From Gemmatimonadaceae bacterium (GTDB taxonomy: Bacteria; Gemmatimonadota; Gemmatimonadetes; Gemmatimonadales; Gemmatimonadaceae): a DNA stretch of 38,253 bases. The notes beneath the pieces are model-generated. The model ran no database searches, had not been told where the DNA came from, and worked only from the letters and a program-made list of their open reading frames with translations. The translations under genes and the position numbers were made by a program. The stretch covers positions 1 to 38,253 of the forward strand of contig JBBDYA010000035.1 of the NCBI GenBank assembly GCA_040902005.1, given 5' to 3'. This document shows, piece by piece, positions 16,419 through 25,094 of the stretch; position 1 is the stretch's first letter, and each line of letters opens with the position of its first letter.

Positions 16419-17801
16419 ATGCGCGCACGCCCGGTAGTCACGCCCCTGCTCGTCGCTACCCTGGCCGTCGGCTGCGCCGACTCGGTCGCCCCACGCTCCG
16501 ATACGCCGGTGTCCCTCGGTCGCTGGACGGGCGCTTCCGTCATCTCCGCATGGACGCCGATGGCGACCACCCTGGAGGCGCCCCGGTTTCTGCCTGGCGT
16601 CGTCACCGCGGACGATGGCAGAATCTTCGTATTTGGCGGCCAGATCTCTTCGATCGGGTTCGGCACCCAGCCCAGCGTCGAAGTGTACGATGCCGCGACA
16701 GACACGTGGTCGTTCGTCGCGCCGATGCCGATCGGGCGAGCCAATCATGTCGCGGCATTGGGATCGGACGGACGCATCTACAACATCGCCGGATTCACCG
16801 GCGCGCCGGGTGTGACGGCCACCGGCAGCGTGCACGCCTACGATCCCGCCACCGATACGTGGGCGAGTGCCGCACCAATTCCCGGAAATTCCCGCCAGAA
16901 CCTGGCCGGCACGGCGGGCCTGGACGGCCGCATATACATCGCGGGCGGAGCCACGGTCGGAGTGCGACTGACGGAGGCGGCTGTGTACGACCCGTCCACA
17001 AACACCTGGACCGTGATCGCACCGATGCCGTTGGAGCGCTCGTCATTTGCAATGGCGACGGGACCTTCCGGCCGCATCTACGCCATCGGCGGCGCGATCA
17101 ACCCCGGCCCGTTCACCGCTACGGCCGCGGTCCACGCCTATGATCCGACGACGGACACTTGGTCTGCCGTGGCGAGCCTGCCCGGCACCCGCGGTTTCCA
17201 TTCGGCGACGCGCGGCGCGGACGGTCGCATCTACGTCATGGGCGGCACCGCGAACGCGACGCAGGGCCCCACGTTCCTGACGGACGCGTACGCGTACGAT
17301 GAATCGACCGACACGTGGTCGCCGGTACCGGGTCCGAACGTGCTCAAGGTCGCCGCACGCGCAGTCCTCGGCGCAGACGACCGCATCTACTTCATCGGCG
17401 GCACCGCGGGGTCTGTGACGATTCCGGGGAACGAGGTCTTTGGTCCGGTCTGCGGTGAGTCGCCGACCGTCTCGCTGGCGGTGTCGCCCACCCACCTCTG
17501 GCCGCCGAATCACAAGATGATCACGGTGGCGCGGGGCGTCTCGGCGTCAGACGATTGTGGCACGCCGAGTCTTGTCGTGACGGTCAGCAGCAATGAGCAC
17601 CTCAACGGCACGGGCGACGGCAATTCGTCGGTCGACTGGCTGGTGACCGACAACGGCGACGGCACGTTCGACGTGGCGGTTCGCTCGGAGCGTTCCGGAA
17701 ACGGGAACGGCCGGGTCTACACGATCACCGCAACGGCCACGGACGGCGACGGCAACGTCACTGTAGGCAGTGGTACGGTTACGGTGCCGAAACGGAAATG
17801 A
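16419..17801 (+). CDS. Kelch-repeat beta-propeller lipoprotein with C-terminal LWPPNHK beta-sandwich domain
   Basis: AVGC lipobox; six GRIY-x-x-GG...YDP-x-T-x-TW repeats; HLWPPNHKM...ERSGNGNGRVYTIT. Confidence 0.9.
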   Translation: MRARPVVTPLLVATLAVGCADSVAPRSDTPVSLGRWTGASVISAWTPMATTLEAPRFLPGVVTADDGRIFVFGGQISSIGFGTQPSVEVYDAATDTWSFVAPMPIGRANHVAALGSDGRIYNIAGFTGAPGVTATGSVHAYDPATDTWASAAPIPGNSRQNLAGTAGLDGRIYIAGGATVGVRLTEAAVYDPSTNTWTVIAPMPLERSSFAMATGPSGRIYAIGGAINPGPFTATAAVHAYDPTTDTWSAVASLPGTRGFHSATRGADGRIYVMGGTANATQGPTFLTDAYAYDESTDTWSPVPGPNVLKVAARAVLGADDRIYFIGGTAGSVTIPGNEVFGPVCGESPTVSLAVSPTHLWPPNHKMITVARGVSASDDCGTPSLVVTVSSNEHLNGTGDGNSSVDWLVTDNGDGTFDVAVRSERSGNGNGRVYTITATATDGDGNVTVGSGTVTVPKRK

Positions 17802-18736
17802 GCCGCGCGGCGCAGCCGCGGGCGACTGACGCCCCTGCTCCGCCCATGAATCGCCGCAGAATCCTGATGGTGATCAAGCGCGCCTGGATCACGACGGGAA
17901 TCGCCGCCACGATCGTGTTCGTCGCCTGGTCGCTGATCGCCTACCGTCCAAATGCGGAAGCGCGGCTGGCGGCGATCAGCGATTCCGTCGTCGTCAACGT
18001 TCGCGGTGGCGGCGTCTGGATGTTCTCATCGCCGCGCGCCGAGGGGGGTGGGGGGGGGGCGAAGGCGGGGCTCTTGTTCTTCCCGGGCGCACTGGTGGAC
18101 CCGACCGCCTACGCACCTCTGGCGCGGGCGGTCGCGGCCGCCGGCGTCCCGGTCACGCTCGTCGAGCTGCCACGGCGCGGGGCGTTTGGCGGAGCCGACG
18201 ATCCCGACCTGCTCAATCACGCTCTGGACTTGACGCGCAGGAGCGGCGGTCCCCGCCGCTGGGTGGTGGCCGGACATTCGCGCGGCGCCGTGGTGGCGAC
18301 GAACTTTGCCGCGACGTATCCAGCTTCCCTGGCCGGCCTCGTCCTCATTGGCACCACGCATCCGCGCGACGTTAATCTCGCGACGCTCACGGCGCCGGTC
18401 ACCAAGATCGTGGGGACCAGGGACGGTATCGCGCCCGAACGAAAGTCGGACGCCAACCGCCATTTGCTGCCACCGTCAACTCGCTGGATCCGGATCGAGG
18501 GGGGCAACCACTCGCAATTCGGCTGGTACGGATTCCAGCCAGGCGATCGCTTTGCGACGATTCCGGCGCCGGAGCAACATGGCCGCGTGGTGGCGGCCAT
18601 ACTGGACATGCTTCGGGCCGCGGCTGATTCGGCCGCCCGGCCATCCGCGCCGGCGCCCACCCCTCGTGTCGGGGTTTCACCGTCCATGGGGCGGAACCTG
18701 CCCGACGGCCAGATGGGTTCCGCACTACCATATTAG
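17798..18736 (+). CDS. Membrane-anchored alpha/beta hydrolase
   Basis: N-terminal TM; LFFPGALVDP-x-AY, GHSRG, IEGGNHSQFGWYG. Confidence 0.88.
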   Translation: MSRAAQPRATDAPAPPMNRRRILMVIKRAWITTGIAATIVFVAWSLIAYRPNAEARLAAISDSVVVNVRGGGVWMFSSPRAEGGGGGAKAGLLFFPGALVDPTAYAPLARAVAAAGVPVTLVELPRRGAFGGADDPDLLNHALDLTRRSGGPRRWVVAGHSRGAVVATNFAATYPASLAGLVLIGTTHPRDVNLATLTAPVTKIVGTRDGIAPERKSDANRHLLPPSTRWIRIEGGNHSQFGWYGFQPGDRFATIPAPEQHGRVVAAILDMLRAAADSAARPSAPAPTPRVGVSPSMGRNLPDGQMGSALPY

Positions 18737-18814
18737 GTGCATGAGAAGGCGTGCGATTCGTCCCGCATCGAGGGCCTTCGCCGCACCTTCCTGACCCCAT
18801 CCGGGTTCCGGCTC

Positions 18815-20623
18815 ATGCTGCTCAGCTTCCTCGACCGTCCCACGCGCCATCTCTTCTTCACGGGCAAGGGCGGTGTGGGCAAGACGTCTATCGCCTGCGC
18901 ATCCGCGGTGCACCTCGCGGACCGCGGCGAGCGGGTGCTGCTGGTCTCCACGGATCCGGCGTCCAATCTCGGACAGGTCTTCGGTGCTGCCATTGGGCCG
19001 ACGATCGCATCCGTGCCCGGCGTTGCGCGGCTCAGCGCGGTGAACATCGAGCCGGACGCCGCGGCGGCCGCCTATCGCGAACGCATCCTGGCGCCGCTCC
19101 GCGGCTCGGGCGCGCCCAACCAGCTGCCGCAGCTGGAGGAGCAGTTGTCCGGCGCGTGCACCACCGAGATCGCCGCCTTCGACGAGTTCACACGCCTGCT
19201 CGTGGACCCGCAACTCGCGCGCGATTTCAGCTACGTCATCTTCGATACCGCGCCCACCGGCCACACGATTCGCCTGCTGCAGCTGCCCGCCGCGTGGAGC
19301 ACGTTCATCGACGACAATCCCGGCGGCGCGTCATGCCTGGGACCCGCGTCCGGTCTGACGGCGCAGCAGGCGCAGTACGCGGACACCGTGCGCCAGCTCG
19401 CCGACCCGGCGTCCACCACGATCGTGCTGGTCACCCGCCCGGAAGCGTCTGCACTCAAGGAGGCCGCGCGCACCAGCGCCGAACTCGCCGCGCTCGGCAT
19501 TCGCGGGCAGCGGGTGGTGGTCAATGGCCTGTTCACGGCCACGGACCCGCGTGATCCGCTGGCGATGGCGTTGCAGGAGCGCGGCGCCCAGGCGCTGGCC
19601 GCCATGCCGCCGTCGCTCAGGCAGTTGCCGAGCGACACCGTCCCGCTGCGGCCGGCGAACGTGGTCGGCGTGCCGGCGCTGCGCGCGTTCCTCGGCGACG
19701 ATTCCCACGAACTGCCCCCGGCGACCGTGGATGAACCTGACCGGACCCTTCCCCCGCCCCTCGCGGGGTTCGTGGACGAACTCGCCCGACAGGATCACGG
19801 CCTGGTGATGGTGATGGGCAAGGGCGGCGTGGGCAAGACGACGATCGCCGCGGCGGTGGCCGTGGAACTCGCGTCGCGCGGAGTCCCCGTGCACCTGTCG
19901 ACGACCGATCCCGCCGCGCACATCGCCAACGTGATCGACGAGCCCGCGAGCCTCCTCACCATCTCGCGCATCGATCCGGCGGTCGAGACGCAGCGGTACA
20001 TCGACCGCGCGCTGGCGACCAGGGGCAAGCATCTGGACGACGACGCGCGTCGCCTGCTGGCCGAGGATCTCCGGTCACCGTGCACGGAGGAGGTGGCCGT
20101 GTTCCACGCCTTCTCGCGGCTCGTGAACCAAGCGCGGGGCGGCTTCGTGGTGCTGGACACCGCCCCAACCGGCCATACCCTGCTGCTGCTGGACACGGCC
20201 GGCTCCTATCATCGCGAAGTCCTGCGCACCAGCTCCATTCCCGCCGAACGCATCACCACTCCCCTGATGCGCGTGCAGGATGCCGCGTACACGAAGATCC
20301 TGATCGTCACCCTTCCCGAAACCACGCCGGTACTCGAAGCGGCCGGGCTCCAGGCGGAGCTGCGGCGCGCGGGGGTCGAGCCGTTCGGCTGGGTAATCAA
20401 TCAGAGTCTCGCGGCCGCCGGGCCGACCGACCCGCTGCTGCGAGCGCGAGCGGAGGCGGAGTTCCCGCTGATTGCCACGGTCGAGAAGGATCTCGCCCGG
20501 CGCACGACGATCGTCCCGATGCAGGCAAAGTCGCCGGCGGGACAGGATGCGCTCAGGATCCTGGTGTCGGACGCCGGCGCGACCGACGCAGTACGCAGCC
20601 TCGCTTCGGCACACACGAGTTGA
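18815..20623 (+). CDS. arsA: Arsenical pump-driving ATPase
   Basis: Two GKGGVGKT P-loops, two DTAPTGH motifs, metalloid-binding Cys motifs SGACTTE, GASCLGP and SPCTEE. Confidence 0.95.
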   Translation: MLLSFLDRPTRHLFFTGKGGVGKTSIACASAVHLADRGERVLLVSTDPASNLGQVFGAAIGPTIASVPGVARLSAVNIEPDAAAAAYRERILAPLRGSGAPNQLPQLEEQLSGACTTEIAAFDEFTRLLVDPQLARDFSYVIFDTAPTGHTIRLLQLPAAWSTFIDDNPGGASCLGPASGLTAQQAQYADTVRQLADPASTTIVLVTRPEASALKEAARTSAELAALGIRGQRVVVNGLFTATDPRDPLAMALQERGAQALAAMPPSLRQLPSDTVPLRPANVVGVPALRAFLGDDSHELPPATVDEPDRTLPPPLAGFVDELARQDHGLVMVMGKGGVGKTTIAAAVAVELASRGVPVHLSTTDPAAHIANVIDEPASLLTISRIDPAVETQRYIDRALATRGKHLDDDARRLLAEDLRSPCTEEVAVFHAFSRLVNQARGGFVVLDTAPTGHTLLLLDTAGSYHREVLRTSSIPAERITTPLMRVQDAAYTKILIVTLPETTPVLEAAGLQAELRRAGVEPFGWVINQSLAAAGPTDPLLRARAEAEFPLIATVEKDLARRTTIVPMQAKSPAGQDALRILVSDAGATDAVRSLASAHTS

Positions 20624-20649
20624 ACGTGGGCACCTCACACGGGAGTCAT

Positions 20650-21723
20650 ATGCATCGGCATCGAATGGTCCTCACGGCGCTGGCCACCATCCTCCTCGGC
20701 GGGTCGGATGCCTGGGCGCAGGGCGGGATGGGCGGGAGGATGAGCGGCGGGATGGGTGGAATGATGGGCGGGAGGATGCGCGGTGGAGATTCCGCGTCGG
20801 CCGCCATCATGAGCGGAGTGCACGAGATGCTGATGAACCACGACAAGATCCGCCGGACGGTGATCAACCTGCCCAACGGCGTGCGCACCGTCACCGAGTC
20901 GGATGATCCGCGGATGGCCGAGGTGATCAAGTCCCACGTGGCGTCCACGGGAGCATTCGTGGCGACGGGAGTGGATCCCAACCTTCCGATGTCCACGGCG
21001 GCCCTGCATGGAGTGCTGCGCAACGGGACGAAGATCGCCCGCCATGCGGAAGTGACCCCCAGCGGCGTCATCGTCACCGAAACGTCCGGCGATTCGGCGA
21101 CAGTGGCACTGCTGCAGGCACATGCCGCCGAGATAACGGGCCTGGTAGAACGCGGGATGGCGGCCATGCGCGAGGCGATGATGTCACCGGCGAACAGGAC
21201 GCCGCCGGCTGCGATGCCGACGCACGAGATGCCGACGCACGAGACGACCGCGCAGGCGAGGCCCACGCGGGCGGGACAGGAGGCGTTCGCCACGATTGGC
21301 GAAATCGTGCGGATCCTCGACGCCGATCCACGGACGGACTGGTCCAGGGTGGACCTCGAGGCGCTGCGGCAGCACCTGATCGACATGGACAACGTGACCA
21401 TGCGCGCGGTGGTTCAGCGCACGGACGTCCCCGGTGGGGCCGCGTTCGACGTACACGGGACGGGCGCCGTGCGTGTTGCGATCCGGCGCATGTCCATGTC
21501 GCACGGCGCGACCGTCACGCCGGCCGACGGCTTCACGTGGCAGGCGGTCGAGACGCCGGACGGTGCGCGGGTCACCGTGCTCGCCACCGATGCCGGCAAC
21601 GCCAGGATGGTGGCGCGCATCCGGGCGCTCGGGTTCGTTGGGGTGCTCACCATCGGCGATCATCACACGGTCCACCACCTCGGTATCGCCGACGGGAGCA
21701 TGCGAGGAAGTCACCGGCACTGA
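20650..21723 (+). CDS. Exported Met/His-rich two-domain hypothetical protein
   Basis: RBS GGGAG, signal peptide ending AWA; GGMGG..MMGG tract, MPTHE x2 linker, C-terminal HHTVHH. Confidence 0.75.
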   Translation: MHRHRMVLTALATILLGGSDAWAQGGMGGRMSGGMGGMMGGRMRGGDSASAAIMSGVHEMLMNHDKIRRTVINLPNGVRTVTESDDPRMAEVIKSHVASTGAFVATGVDPNLPMSTAALHGVLRNGTKIARHAEVTPSGVIVTETSGDSATVALLQAHAAEITGLVERGMAAMREAMMSPANRTPPAAMPTHEMPTHETTAQARPTRAGQEAFATIGEIVRILDADPRTDWSRVDLEALRQHLIDMDNVTMRAVVQRTDVPGGAAFDVHGTGAVRVAIRRMSMSHGATVTPADGFTWQAVETPDGARVTVLATDAGNARMVARIRALGFVGVLTIGDHHTVHHLGIADGSMRGSHRH

Positions 21724-22336
21724 GCCGGCTGGTTGGTGCCGTTTCGAAACTCTGGATGCGAGTCTGCAACTACCAGCGTTATCAGCACTTAACGAGGGAC
21801 TTGACGTCAACCAGAACGCCTGACTAATCATTCCTCACAGCAGGATCGTCGCATTGGCCGAAACATCGGGAGACGGCGCACACGTCGCCAAAGTCCTCAG
21901 GGACTAGTCCTCCTCACAGTACGCCGAGTCGACGGAATGGCTGCACCCTCGTCAGGCTGTTCCCAGGCGCGATGTACCGCTGGGCTGACGGGATCCATGC
22001 GCCCGGCGTGCGGACTCCGCACCCAGGGTGAGCGGCAGGGCCTCAGGCGGCGCAAGCCTCCTCCCCCTGACTCGCTCGGCCACACAGACGTCGCGCAGGA
22101 CCGGTATTCCCGGATCGCACGCTCCCGCTGCAGGACGCGTGTGCCCGCGTTGCAGACGACCTGACTCGGCTTCCGGGGCAGCTGTCCATCCAGCCGCCCA
22201 CTTGTCCCGAGCCTTCACGTTGACTGCCACGCCATCCGGACGACCCGGCCGCCGCCGTCAGACGCCGCGCTCCCGGTGCCGGGTCGCGAGTCCAGTCGCT
22301 CCGGACGTTCGCCCACGCTGTCAACGGGCATGCGTC

Positions 22337-22484
22337 CATTGTCGGCACGGTTGCCAGCACTGCCGGATGACCGTGCCACTGCTTCCGGACGCGCCGCCGC
22401 CCCTGCGGACGACGCGTCCACCACAACCCGATGGCCGTCCGCACACGGCGGACGACCGTCACCCACTGTCGGACGAGCGTTCCG
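22337..22484. repeat. Degenerate ~21-bp tandem array (about 7 units)
   Basis: GGA/CGG cores at 22344, 22365, 22387, 22407, 22429, 22450, 22471; unit approximates CACTGYCGGACGA-CGT. Confidence 0.55.
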
Positions 22485-22527
22485 CACCCGCGGCGCGCCC
22501 GACCACCCGTACCAGGGAGTCAACCCT

Positions 22528-23274
22528 ATGCTGGCAAGACAGAAGCAACTCATCGAAGCACTCTGGCGAACGCGCGCGTTCCTGCGAGACCGCCGTCCCG
22601 CCGAGGCCACGCCCGCCTGGGACGCGCTCGTGCGCGACTTCAGCGCGCACCTGGACAGCGCGTGCGCGTGGGCCACGCAGCAGATCGTCGGACACCGGCG
22701 CCAGCGCGCCGCCACGGCGAAGATCAGGCACGCCGAGCGCGCGCTGCGCGTGCAGCACCTGCGCCCCATCGTGGCCATCGCGCATGCGTTCCGCGATGAC
22801 ATCCCCGGCATCGTGAAGGGACTCCAGCTTCCCCGCCGGCGGCTTCCGATCACGCAGCTCATCGCGGAGTCGAACGCGATTCGCGGGATCGCCGCGTCCC
22901 ACCGGGCGCTGATGGTCAGCATGGGACGTCCGGCCGACTTTGCCGAACGGCTGGACGCCGCCGTCAGGCACCTGGCGACGTGCGTGCGCGAACGGAACGA
23001 CGCGACGTCCACACACGCCGGCGCCACGGCGGCGCTGGCGCACTCCCTTCGCCGTGCGCGGACGCTGATCCCGGTGTTCGACTCCCAGCTCATTGTCTAC
23101 TATGAAAAGGACGGAGGTACACTCGCCGAGTGGGGCGCGATGAAGCGCGTACACGCTCGACCGGGGCCGGTCACGGGCGCTCTTCGTACCGGCGACACCA
23201 CCGAAGCACCCGCCGAGCAGCATACTGCGGCGGATCCGCAGGTGATTCCCTTCTCTGTTCCACGAGCGGCCTGA
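22528..23274 (+). CDS. Hypothetical all-alpha-helical protein
   Basis: RBS AGGGAG before ATG 22528; amphipathic helical pattern; no recognised catalytic motif. Confidence 0.7.
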   Translation: MLARQKQLIEALWRTRAFLRDRRPAEATPAWDALVRDFSAHLDSACAWATQQIVGHRRQRAATAKIRHAERALRVQHLRPIVAIAHAFRDDIPGIVKGLQLPRRRLPITQLIAESNAIRGIAASHRALMVSMGRPADFAERLDAAVRHLATCVRERNDATSTHAGATAALAHSLRRARTLIPVFDSQLIVYYEKDGGTLAEWGAMKRVHARPGPVTGALRTGDTTEAPAEQHTAADPQVIPFSVPRAA

Positions 23275-23338
23275 CGTCACCCCCTCGGGTGAGCTTTTCC
23301 GCGGTCCGGACCATCGGGCCGCGGAGAAGCGTCGTGGG

Positions 23339-23815
23339 CTACCGTCGCGCGTCGCACACCGGAATTCCGGGTTCGCCGGCTGCATATGCTACGATCGCGT
23401 CGTCGATCGTGACCAGCGACATGGACCGCAGCTGTGCGGTGGCGATCAGTATCCGGTCCGCCGGATCGCCATGGATGGCGCCCGGAAGCCGAGTGCTCTG
23501 GATCAGGATATTTCTGTCGAGCGACACGTAGCCGACTCCCGGTGCGCGCTCGGCGCGGGCGAGCCAGACGAGGGGATCGATGGAAAAGGCGAGTTTTCCC
23601 CTTGCTGTCTTGACTGCCACTTCCCACGACGAGATGTCGCTGACGTAGAGGCTTCCGTCCGCGGCGGCGTTCGCCATCAGGGTCGGCGTCTCTGCCGACA
23701 TCCGGCTCGTGTCGCCCTCGAGCATCCAGACCCATACATGCGTGTCGAGCAGCAGCGGCCCACGATGGCTGGGCCGGTCTGCCGCTCTCCAAAGCGCGAT
23801 CGCTGATTTAGCCAA
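23339..23815 (-). CDS. vapC: PIN-domain toxin
   Basis: LLLDTHVWVW, SDISSWEVAVK, HGDPADRILIATA, LVTID. Confidence 0.92.
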   Translation of the reverse strand: MAKSAIALWRAADRPSHRGPLLLDTHVWVWMLEGDTSRMSAETPTLMANAAADGSLYVSDISSWEVAVKTARGKLAFSIDPLVWLARAERAPGVGYVSLDRNILIQSTRLPGAIHGDPADRILIATAQLRSMSLVTIDDAIVAYAAGEPGIPVCDARR

Positions 23816-24140
23816 GCGGCTCTAACTCGGCCTCCCCCCAGGCCTCATCCTCCGGGCCGAGGATTCCGTGATCGCTCACGATCGTCCCACGCAGGAAGCC
23901 GATGGGATTCGGCGGCGTATCGTCGACCGGAGTCAGCTTGGCCACGGGTTTCCCGTGCTTGGTGACGACGATCGAGACGTGGCGCTCGTTGACTTCGTCC
24001 ATCAGGTCGAGGCACTTGGCCTTGAAGACGCTGGCCTTCATGGCTGTATACCCCTTCACGGCCGGCTCCCTCACGACCTTGTGGCCCCCGGTCTTTCCGT
24101 GTTTACCCGTCGCCTTCGGCGCTTTCTTCGAGGGTGACAT
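23808..24140 (-). CDS. Phd/YefM-family antitoxin
   Basis: MKASVFKAKCLDLMDEV...IVVTKHGKPVAKLTP; overlaps the vapC start; exact start uncertain. Confidence 0.9.
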   Translation of the reverse strand: MSPSKKAPKATGKHGKTGGHKVVREPAVKGYTAMKASVFKAKCLDLMDEVNERHVSIVVTKHGKPVAKLTPVDDTPPNPIGFLRGTIVSDHGILGPEDEAWGEAELEPLG

Positions 24141-24164
24141 AATGGTCATATTAACATGGTCACA
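24135..24164. promoter_or_regulatory. Putative TA operator
   Basis: TGAC-ATAATG-GTCA palindrome plus repeated ATGGTCA in an AT-rich patch at the antitoxin start. Confidence 0.45.
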
Positions 24165-24198
24165 TTCTGATTTCAATGTCTGAGGGGAATGGCGGTCT

Positions 24199-24240
24199 GA
24201 TTGGGTGGTAGCACCTAATCCGTTGGGGGGCACCACTCCT
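24199..24240. promoter_or_regulatory. Tandem imperfect palindromes; putative NarL/LuxR boxes
   Basis: GATTGGGTG-GTAG-CACCTAATC (24199-24220) and a weaker copy TTGGGGGGCACCACTCC starting 22 bp later. Confidence 0.45.
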
Positions 24241-24274
24241 TTGTGGCTGCCGGCAAGGATGGCATCATGCCGTC

Positions 24275-24682
24275 GTGCTCAACGAACCCTCAACACCGCC
24301 GCGCCGCCCGCGCATCGTCGTCGCAGACGACAACGCCGGCATCCGCGTACTCATCCGACTCATGATCGGCCATCTCGCCGACGTGCACGAGTGTGCGGAT
24401 GCGCCGAGCGCCGTCGCACTGCACTCGGCGCTGGGCGCCGATGCCGTGCTCCTCGACGTTCGGATGCCCGGTGATGGACTGACCGCGGCGCGCCGCATCA
24501 CCGCTCACGACGCCCATTGCGCCGTGGTGATCGTGACCGGAATCAACGATGACGATGTGCGCCGCGCCGCCGTGCGCGCCGGCGCCCGCGCCTTCGTGCT
24601 CAAGGACGACCTCTCCCGCCTGCCCGACGTGCTGCGGCAGGTACTCCCCTCGCTGCACAACCCCCAGGAGGACGAACGATGA
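24275..24682 (+). CDS. Stand-alone response regulator receiver
   Basis: VVADDN, LLDVRMP, AFVLK; no output domain. Confidence 0.88.
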   Translation: MLNEPSTPPRRPRIVVADDNAGIRVLIRLMIGHLADVHECADAPSAVALHSALGADAVLLDVRMPGDGLTAARRITAHDAHCAVVIVTGINDDDVRRAAVRAGARAFVLKDDLSRLPDVLRQVLPSLHNPQEDER

Positions 24683-25059
24683 GACTCACACACATGATCA
24701 TCCCGGCCGTGCTGGCGCTGGCCGGATGCCGCGACGCCACCGCGCCGCATCGGGTCCAGCCGGAACAGGACATTCCTGCGTTCCAGATCGACGCGCAGGA
24801 GCGCGATGCGCTGGCCGTGGCGATCGCGGACGCGCGCTCGCGGATCTCCGAGTCAATCGGCGTGGCCGGCGGCGAGCTCACCACCGCACTGGCGGAGACC
24901 GAGCGCGCGATCCGGATTGCCGACGCCCACGCCACGCTCCAGGCCACCCGCTCGGCGAACCGCGCGATGGACACGCTGCTGGCCGCTGCGCTGGGACACC
25001 CCGCCGAGCACTCAGTCGTTCAGCTCGTGATCGAACGTCTTGTCACCGCCATCAACTGA
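24679..25059 (+). CDS. Small helical lipoprotein
   Basis: LAGC lipobox; RBS AGGAGG; ATGA overlap with the upstream gene. Confidence 0.75.
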   Translation: MRLTHMIIPAVLALAGCRDATAPHRVQPEQDIPAFQIDAQERDALAVAIADARSRISESIGVAGGELTTALAETERAIRIADAHATLQATRSANRAMDTLLAAALGHPAEHSVVQLVIERLVTAIN

Positions 25060-25094
25060 TCTCCACCTCCCCACACTCACACGAGGACAGACCG

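Noticed and set aside
20080..20649. Extended start of the Met/His-rich protein
   Set aside because: Overlaps arsA in another frame; the signal peptide and RBS begin at 20650
21801..21830. Sigma70 promoter at TTGACG
   Set aside because: No acceptable -10 hexamer at 16-18 bp spacing
21930..22085. Known riboswitch, SRP, tmRNA or tRNA
   Set aside because: Diagnostic conserved motifs were not found on either strand; kept only as an unassigned structured region
24549..25094. Extended start of the collagen ORF
   Set aside because: Overlaps two better-supported genes; RBS and signal peptide at 25095
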